NCBI GenBank assembly: GCA_036676395.1
Contig: JAKFCY010000002.1
Span: 96,001-160,000, forward strand
DNA from: Bdellovibrio sp.
GTDB lineage: Bacteria > Bdellovibrionota > Bdellovibrionia > Bdellovibrionales > Bdellovibrionaceae
Length of the DNA stretch: 64,000 bases
Direction of reading: 5' to 3'
Notes under the pieces: generated by a model
Told to the model about the DNA's origin: nothing
The model's database searches: none
The model's input: only the letters and a program-made list of their open reading frames with translations
Program-made: the position numbers and the translations under genes
Part shown: positions 57,549 to 64,000 of the stretch, piece after piece
How positions within the stretch are numbered: position 1 is the first letter of the stretch
Layout: each line of letters opens with the position of its first letter

Positions 57549-59399
57549 AGTAATTTCTGTGCCGTGATTAACTTTGGAATCTATGTGAACGGTTGCGCCA
57601 TAAACAGCTAAAAAATCGCGAACAATCAATAACCCATTACCAGTGCCTATTTCACCACTTGTTCCAACCTGGCTAACAATGGCATCTTCATCAAATAAGC
57701 GATCTAAAACTTGGTGTGGGATACCAATACCTTCATCTTTAATTTTAAGTTCGACGTCCGAATGATTTATTGCCACTGCGGTAATAATAATGGTTTTACC
57801 GTTGTGAGAAAATTTACAAGCATTGCTTATAAGATTTGAAAGTACCTGATGAGATAAGCTGGTTTTCTCGGCCAATACTAACAATTTTTCTTCAGGAAAG
57901 TTAATCTGCACAGTTAGATTTTTCTTTTTTATGTCGGACTGATACATTTCGACAACTTCGGTGATACATTTTTTAAGATCAACAGAGTTGATATTTAAAA
58001 AATGTTGGCCGCGCACTAGAAAATTATTTTTGGCATTTTCTATAATTTCTGCTTGTTCTTGAGTGGCATATAAAATGCGATCTATGTTTTTTTCAGCATT
58101 TTCAGATTTTGGATTTTCTTTTAAAATTTGCGCACTCGTTTTTACAAGTTGTGTGGTGTTAGATAAGTCGTGCGACAATGTGCGAAGTAAAGTTTTTACG
58201 ACTTTACCTTCTTCGCTTTGGGCCTGAGCAAAACCGACTTTTAAAGTTAACTTTTGTAATTTTTGAAAAATAACAATATTTAGAATCAGGCCTTCTAGCG
58301 TTCGACCTAATATCGCGTAATAACCAAAGAGCCAGAAACCTTGAATATGGCCAGCACGGTAAGCCGCCCAGATTAAGTTACAAACAATCGCTACACCCCA
58401 GGCAATAGCGACTGATTCAGCCCATAGACGTTTTTGGGCGATAAAATAAATTAACGTCGCACCGGTTAAAAGCATTGATAATGAGATTGCTGGTGATAGT
58501 GATTTCCAAACAAAAATTTTTGTTTCGGGAAAAAAACTTAAGAACACTAAAGCAACGATCACTGTTAAAAATACGGTATACACTTTATTCAGTACAGGAT
58601 GTCTTTTTGGTATTTCAAAGAAAACTCGCATAAAAAGTAAATCGAAAAAGACGGTCATAATCAAGACTGGAAAAAGTAAAGTCGTACCGGTAAATAGAAC
58701 AGTATCTGTGCGGTAAGCATCCCAAATACCTCTGTTAATTGTTATCGAAGCTAAAAGGTTAAGGTAGAAAAGGCCATAAATTAAAAAACTGGGTTCTTTT
58801 AATGAACTAAAAAAAATTAATGCCAAAAGTGCTACAACCAGATAAATGCCAGAGGATACTCCAATAAAATGCACTAAAAATACAGTCACTTTATTAAAAT
58901 AGGTTCTTTTCATGAAATAAAATTCATTATTGATGCCACTAGCTCCCGGAACTATCCGCAAATAATAAATACGGTTCTTGAATTGGCTTTTACTGACGGG
59001 AAAAGCATACTGCCGTGTAGGTGTGTGGCAGATTGCAGAATTTATTTCTACATCACACATTCCCCAATTTTCGACGCCCTTTTCGTGGCTAATATAACCT
59101 TGCATCGACAGTGCCGTTTCATTTGAACCAGTAAAAAGAACGGCATCTTGATTCCAAGAATCTAACTTTTCAGGAATTAAAATTTTTAACCAAATAGCGG
59201 TGGCTGTAGGCGGAATGGTTTTTTTGTTCGACGGCAAAAAATTTTGTTGAGTGATACTTTCAATGGTTTGGTCGCCCTTGATGTCTAAAAAGTATTGCAC
59301 ATTATCAATGCGAAAATAGCTGTCTGTAGAGATTTCTGCGAATAAAAAACTGCATACGGTAACAAGTAATGTCCAAAGCACCGGATAAAACCAACGCAT
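57525..59399 (-). CDS. 7TM-DISM-type sensor histidine kinase
   Basis: Extracellular domain (IWLKI), about 7 TM helices, SHDLSN, NLISNACKF, DEGIG, GTGNGL. Confidence 0.88.
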   Translation of the reverse strand: MRWFYPVLWTLLVTVCSFLFAEISTDSYFRIDNVQYFLDIKGDQTIESITQQNFLPSNKKTIPPTATAIWLKILIPEKLDSWNQDAVLFTGSNETALSMQGYISHEKGVENWGMCDVEINSAICHTPTRQYAFPVSKSQFKNRIYYLRIVPGASGINNEFYFMKRTYFNKVTVFLVHFIGVSSGIYLVVALLALIFFSSLKEPSFLIYGLFYLNLLASITINRGIWDAYRTDTVLFTGTTLLFPVLIMTVFFDLLFMRVFFEIPKRHPVLNKVYTVFLTVIVALVFLSFFPETKIFVWKSLSPAISLSMLLTGATLIYFIAQKRLWAESVAIAWGVAIVCNLIWAAYRAGHIQGFWLFGYYAILGRTLEGLILNIVIFQKLQKLTLKVGFAQAQSEEGKVVKTLLRTLSHDLSNTTQLVKTSAQILKENPKSENAEKNIDRILYATQEQAEIIENAKNNFLVRGQHFLNINSVDLKKCITEVVEMYQSDIKKKNLTVQINFPEEKLLVLAEKTSLSHQVLSNLISNACKFSHNGKTIIITAVAINHSDVELKIKDEGIGIPHQVLDRLFDEDAIVSQVGTSGEIGTGNGLLIVRDFLAVYGATVHIDSKVNHGTEITLRFKRFK

Positions 59400-60253
59400 T
59401 ACTTATCCTCGTTCTGGCTGTTGATCCCGAAAGATTGGCGCAGGATAGCCATGGAATCCATCGATTGTCGTATCTGTTTTTGGGTGATTTTTTTTTGTTG
59501 GTCGCTAAGAACCTGCATTAATTCACGCAAGCGGTAAGTTGTTTTGCTTAAAAGTTCACTGGCTTGTTGCGGTGATATTTTTTCATGTCGTAATAATTCT
59601 ATTAATAAATCCAAAGACTGCAAGGGCGTGTTTGTTAGATCACGTAAAGCTAAGGCAACTTCAGCAAAATCGCGAAGATTTTTTTCTTTAGCTTGCGATT
59701 CAATTAGTGTGGCATGTAATTTTAAAGTGCCTAACTTGTGGTGCAGTACTAAAAATGCAGCTAAGGCATAGCACATGGTGATCCAAGGCTCATATAGCCT
59801 TGGCACTTGCATGACTTCACGTGAAAGCACAAGCACTTGCAAAGGCGGAATGAATAAACATAAACCTAATGAAATGTAACCCACAAAATGCGGAAAAGGC
59901 GCAAGCATCGCAATAACAACGGCGGTGATTTTGTAAGTTTCGAAATAAGTGATCTGCAAATTTTTTTCTGCACTGATGTCAGCGGTTTCACTGCTTGGTA
60001 ATAAAGTGCAAATGATTATACACATCATCAGGATTGAAGAATATTTAACTGGCATGCGCGAATATTTATTTGAAATAAAAAATGTCAGCGCAGCGACAGC
60101 TAAGCTAAAATACCATAATGCCGTCACTGGTAAACCAGCATTAATACGAATAATCAGCGACAGCGGCAATATGCATAAGGCCACTATGGCGTAAGTACGC
60201 GTAGATCTTGAAGCTAATTGTTTATCATCAAGAGCAAATGGATTGTTTATCAT
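59399..60253 (-). CDS. Membrane protein with a degenerate HisKA-like helix and no ATPase domain
   Basis: Several TM helices then ALALRDLTNTPLQSL; coupled to neighbours by ATGA and TAATG overlaps. Confidence 0.65.
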   Translation of the reverse strand: MINNPFALDDKQLASRSTRTYAIVALCILPLSLIIRINAGLPVTALWYFSLAVAALTFFISNKYSRMPVKYSSILMMCIIICTLLPSSETADISAEKNLQITYFETYKITAVVIAMLAPFPHFVGYISLGLCLFIPPLQVLVLSREVMQVPRLYEPWITMCYALAAFLVLHHKLGTLKLHATLIESQAKEKNLRDFAEVALALRDLTNTPLQSLDLLIELLRHEKISPQQASELLSKTTYRLRELMQVLSDQQKKITQKQIRQSMDSMAILRQSFGINSQNEDK

Positions 60254-60615
60254 AAAGTGCCAATGATTTGTATTAAGTCTTGCGCTGGAACGGGTTTACG
60301 TAACACTTGGGCTTCATCAAAAATAAGAGCTTCGCGAGTCTCTTCTGAATCAGCAGTGTGCCCGGTCAGAAAATAAACTGGTTTATTATAACCTAAACTT
60401 CGCAGCCAGCGGTAAGCTTGAACGCCAGAAGGTTGATGGCTTCCAAGATTGATGTCTAAAAAAGCCATATCACTTTTAAGAATGTCGTCTTCTTTTGAAA
60501 ACATTTCATCAAAGCTTGAGGCCAAGATAACTTGACAGACACAGCTGGTTTCAGCAAAAACCTTCATAACTTCAAGAAGTTCTTGGCTATCATCCAAAAA
60601 GAATATGGTCTTCAT
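60250..60615 (-). CDS. Single-domain response regulator
   Basis: FLDDS, FLDINL, FLTGH, LRKP. Confidence 0.88.
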   Translation of the reverse strand: MKTIFFLDDSQELLEVMKVFAETSCVCQVILASSFDEMFSKEDDILKSDMAFLDINLGSHQPSGVQAYRWLRSLGYNKPVYFLTGHTADSEETREALIFDEAQVLRKPVPAQDLIQIIGTL

Positions 60616-60801
60616 TGTGAGCCCCTTCGAAGCAGGTATTTAAGCAATGGAACAACGTGATTGCAAACTATTGCAATCCATCTTTGAATTTGGGTCTTTT
60701 TTTTTGGGCGTGATTTGAATAATTTTAACTAAATTTTAACAGGATTTTTACAGCTAATTCGTGACTTTGGCATTCTGCTTTAGATAAGCTCAGAATTAAT
60801 C

Positions 60802-61860
60802 ATGAAAACAAAGATAATTTTATTTATTTTCTCATTATTCGCGGTTTCTGCGCTAGTCGCTAAAAGCCCGTCGCCGCTTCAGCAAATGGAACAAATTGCT
60901 TTTGCTCCAAAGACTGAAACAGATTCGCTATTACTTTATGCAGACGGTGAACTTCTTTTCGAACGTTATGAAAATGGTTACACCGCAGATAATAAACATA
61001 TCGCGTGGTCGACTTCGAAAAGTATTTCAAGCGCGATTATCGGTGCTTTGGTTTACCAAAAACATTTAGATATTCAAAAATCGATCTGTCATTATGTGCC
61101 TGCGGCCAAAGAATTTAAGCACTGCGATCTGCGTGCAACTGATTTTTTAAGCTGGTCATCAGGTCTAACCTGGAATGAAGCTTATGAAGACCCAAGTGGC
61201 GATCGTGAACAATCATCAGTGGCACAGCTTCTTTACGGCGATGCGATTGCTGACACCACGCAATTTATGATTTCTCATCCTTCAAAAAATACGGGTAAAA
61301 AAGAGTGGAACTATTCAACGGGTGATTCAACTTTTTTAATGGGTATTGCCAAAGCTGCGGTTCCTAAAGACGAACAACAAACTTTTCCGTGGAAGTATTT
61401 ATTTGATCCATTGGGAATAGACGTTACTTTCGGACAAGATCAATCCGGCACCTTTGGTGGGGGGTCTTCGATTTATATTCGCCCTCGTGATTTAGCAGTC
61501 ATTGGTGATTTGTATTTAAAACGTGGTTTATGGAACGGCAAACGTATTTTTTCTGAAGCGTGGGTTGATTACACCAATTCACGTCCTGAAACTTTTGATT
61601 TTTTTAACTCTGAAGAAATCACCTTTCATTCAAAGCGCAGTTGGTGGACCATTAATCCCAAGATAGCAGCAGCGAAAAAAATCCCAGACAGTCTGATTGC
61701 AAATGGTCACTGGGGGCAATATTTAGTGATTATACCATCATTAAATATGGTGCTTGTGCGAATGGGAAATAACCAAGCTATCGATTCTGATTTTGACTTA
61801 ATCGCTTTAATTGAAAAAGCCGTACGTGCTGTTGAACAACATCAAGGTGGTAAAAAATGA
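60802..61860 (+). CDS. Serine hydrolase, beta-lactamase class C / AmpC-like fold
   Basis: Signal peptide, SxxK (WSTSKS), WNYSTG, LFDPLG, GHWGQYLVIIP. Confidence 0.9.
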   Translation: MKTKIILFIFSLFAVSALVAKSPSPLQQMEQIAFAPKTETDSLLLYADGELLFERYENGYTADNKHIAWSTSKSISSAIIGALVYQKHLDIQKSICHYVPAAKEFKHCDLRATDFLSWSSGLTWNEAYEDPSGDREQSSVAQLLYGDAIADTTQFMISHPSKNTGKKEWNYSTGDSTFLMGIAKAAVPKDEQQTFPWKYLFDPLGIDVTFGQDQSGTFGGGSSIYIRPRDLAVIGDLYLKRGLWNGKRIFSEAWVDYTNSRPETFDFFNSEEITFHSKRSWWTINPKIAAAKKIPDSLIANGHWGQYLVIIPSLNMVLVRMGNNQAIDSDFDLIALIEKAVRAVEQHQGGKK

Positions 61861-62168
61861 AATTATTTTTAATTATGATCACGATGATATGTGCCGCTAC
61901 GGTCAATGCAGGCGTTCTTCCTTATAAAACCAAGCTTCCTTTTTTAGCCACACGTTACCGTGCCTTTCACACCTGCAATTGCCTGTACGTGATGAAAATG
62001 AACCAGACTTACTGCGAGAATTTCAGTAAAGTAGATCCGCCAATTTTTACTTTGGTTATTGATGCTGCCAATAAATCGGTGTCGTCGGGCATTTCGGGAA
62101 TGGATTTTAAACCCGCTGTGGCAAAATTTGTGAATGATCGCACAGGTTGCCACATCATTAACGATTAA
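61857..62168 (+). CDS. Small secreted Cys-containing partner of the serine hydrolase
   Basis: Signal peptide, CNCLYV...YC...GC pattern; ATGA overlap with the upstream gene. Confidence 0.7.
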   Translation: MKLFLIMITMICAATVNAGVLPYKTKLPFLATRYRAFHTCNCLYVMKMNQTYCENFSKVDPPIFTLVIDAANKSVSSGISGMDFKPAVAKFVNDRTGCHIIND

Positions 62169-62173
62169 TTGAC

Positions 62174-62189
62174 AGGCACCATTTTTGCG
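62174..62189 (+). promoter_or_regulatory. Sigma-54 promoter of the pfpI-like gene
   Basis: AGGCACCATTTTTGCG, near-consensus GGCAC-N5-TTGC. Confidence 0.72.
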
Positions 62190-62224
62190 ATAACTCCTGC
62201 TGAACTAGTTCATCAGGAGGACTT

Positions 62225-62824
62225 ATGCATCCCATCAGAGGAAAACGAATCGCTATTTTGGCAACAGATGGCGTTGAATTTTCAGAATTAACAAAACCCA
62301 AAGAATTTTTAGAAAACTACGAAGCTTTAACAGAAGTCATTTCTTTAAAAGCAGGTTCTATTAAATCATGGAAAGACAAAAACTGGGGCGAAGAAATTCC
62401 AGTCGATAACATCGTTACGCAAGTCGATGCTGAAGACTACGATGCCTTGTTATTGCCTGGTGGGGTAATGAATCCAGATAGCTTACGCATGAATGAAGCT
62501 GCGGTTCATTTTGTCAGTCAGTTTGTCGATACCGGAAAACCAATCGGAGCCATTTGTCATGGCCCATGGGTATTAGTTGAAACTAATATTTTAGAAGGCC
62601 GAGTTGTCACTTCGTGGCCATCGCTACAAACAGATTTATTAAATGCCGGAGCTAAATGGGTGGATCAAGAAGTAGTTTCTGATCAAGGATTAGTAACAAG
62701 CCGAAAACCCGCAGATATTCCGGCCTTCTGTAAGAAATTTATGGAAGAAATTGCTGAAGGCCCACATCGTCGCACCATTGGTGAGCTGTCACCAAAAGCA
62801 GAACACATGCAGAGAAATCATTAA
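62225..62824 (+). CDS. PfpI/DJ-1 (YhbO-like) type 1 glutamine amidotransferase-like protein
   Basis: DGVEFSEL, LLLPGGVMNPDSLR, AICHGPW, VTSRKPADIPAF. Confidence 0.93.
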   Translation: MHPIRGKRIAILATDGVEFSELTKPKEFLENYEALTEVISLKAGSIKSWKDKNWGEEIPVDNIVTQVDAEDYDALLLPGGVMNPDSLRMNEAAVHFVSQFVDTGKPIGAICHGPWVLVETNILEGRVVTSWPSLQTDLLNAGAKWVDQEVVSDQGLVTSRKPADIPAFCKKFMEEIAEGPHRRTIGELSPKAEHMQRNH

Positions 62825-64000
62825 CGATTGATTTGCATGATCATGATTCCAGGACCTGATTCAGGAGCTGGAATTGAATATGAGGCAGGAGATAAATCAG
62901 TTAATGCTCCAGTGCTTTTATTTACTGAAAATGCACTGATAGACGGTGAATCAAGTGTATTACAAGTGTAGGCATAATTTCCCGTAGTATCGATGCGTAT
63001 ATCATTAGGCCCGCCTGCAGTCGTAACTTCTGATGCTCGAGAAAGTCCGCCGGTGGATGGGTTGATTGAATAAACAATTACGCGCTTTCCATTAGGATCA
63101 GTGCGAGAAAAAGCTGTACCATAAAGAAATAGACCATCTGCAGAGACTGTTGAAGCAGAACCACCGTCGTCGGGAATCGTTGGAGATCCATTATCAATCG
63201 GAGCTTCGATCGGTGTAAGTGCTCCGGTAGTTTGGTTAATTTGCCAACCTGCTATTTTACCTTGAGCATATAAACCCATATATAACCATTGGCCATTTGG
63301 GTGAATGGAAATACCATCGCCACGGTTGTGTGTAATTCCACCACCGAGAGTGTTTCTAAATGGCGAACCTTCAACGACTGATAATGATCCGGTAGATTGA
63401 TCGACTGTGAATGCAACCACGCCGCTACTAACAGCATTTGAAGATCCCGCAGCTGCAAATAAAAAACGACCATCAGATGAGCCAACTAAGCCATTAATAC
63501 GAGCCGCACCAGAAGTTGAAAAAGGACTGCCTGTTAATCGTGTTAATGAACCATCGGTCCCAACGGCATATCCCGAAACATCATTTCCATAATAGTTCGA
63601 AACATATAAGTAAGATCCGCTAGGATGGGCGAATAATCCGTTAGGGCCTTTTAATCCTGTTGAATCAGAATTTACTACGGCGCCTGAGGTTAGACGACCT
63701 GTTAGCGGGTTAATTGAGAAGGTTGAAATTGTGCTCGAAGCAAAATCGGCTGCATATAAGTATTTATTATTAATACTCATGGCAACGCCGTAAGTTCCAT
63801 TACCGCCGGTAGTGAAAGGACTGCCAGACACAGAAAGTAAAGCGCCAGTCGTCGGATGTTGCGCGTATCCATAAACCTGGCCGGGAGAGTTTTGTACACC
63901 TAAATATAAAAAAGAAGCATAAGAAAATTGCACTGTTGTTGCTGAAACGCCCGCACCGATTGTGCTGTATTGATTATCGATATTTTTTACTGAAATATCG
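62821..64000 (-). CDS. Lactonase-type beta-propeller protein (5' end outside window)
   Basis: Repeated blades (HPSGSYLYVSN, DGRFLFAA, HPNGQWLY, GSPF); the frame stays open from 63933 to the window end (DISVKNIDNQYSTIGAGVSATTV). Confidence 0.85.
   Translation of the reverse strand, partial: DISVKNIDNQYSTIGAGVSATTVQFSYASFLYLGVQNSPGQVYGYAQHPTTGALLSVSGSPFTTGGNGTYGVAMSINNKYLYAADFASSTISTFSINPLTGRLTSGAVVNSDSTGLKGPNGLFAHPSGSYLYVSNYYGNDVSGYAVGTDGSLTRLTGSPFSTSGAARINGLVGSSDGRFLFAAAGSSNAVSSGVVAFTVDQSTGSLSVVEGSPFRNTLGGGITHNRGDGISIHPNGQWLYMGLYAQGKIAGWQINQTTGALTPIEAPIDNGSPTIPDDGGSASTVSADGLFLYGTAFSRTDPNGKRVIVYSINPSTGGLSRASEVTTAGGPNDIRIDTTGNYAYTCNTLDSPSISAFSVNKSTGALTDLSPASYSIPAPESGPGIMIMQINR

Noticed and set aside
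1000..63592. Short antisense or alternative-frame ORFs inside long genes (e.g. 1000-1344, 19877-20281, 33471-33773, 41757-42116, 49267-49608, 53519-53875)
   Set aside because: They are shadows of well-supported genes or promoter regions and show no recognisable motifs.

Overview
An AT-rich bacterial chromosomal segment. Gene order and content suggest a Bdellovibrionota (Bdellovibrionaceae-like) predator; this is inference, not a database result. The first ~26 kb is mostly housekeeping: the 3' end of mreB, a sensor kinase, radC-like JAB gene, lpoB, phaR-like regulator, TPR and LolB-like lipoproteins, the prkA/yeaG-yeaH-spoVR operon, tadA, rpsU-yqeY-dnaG-rpoD, an M48 + 3x AIM24 block and a CAT-anticodon tRNA. 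The rest is accessory: a 1400-aa secreted beta-rich protein, stress genes (BON, Csp3, DUF4142, PfpI), a complete chemosensory cluster with unusual fusions, and two-component genes. The strongest candidate for an undescribed system is a LysR-controlled operon at 40.6-46.2 kb: cytochrome P450, an atypical class I terpene-synthase-fold protein, a LasC/MonCI-type flavin epoxidase and two glutathione S-transferases. Other notable signals: eight exactly spaced sigma-54-type (-24/-12) motifs ahead of stress/accessory genes, a probable ECF sigma/anti-sigma fusion, a secreted NlpC/P60-like protein, a recurrent GTCTCA-N3-TGAGAC palindrome, and a 14-bp direct repeat flanking the block between rpoD and the tRNA. 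No integrase, transposase, CRISPR array or rRNA was seen. All family calls come from motifs recognised by eye.
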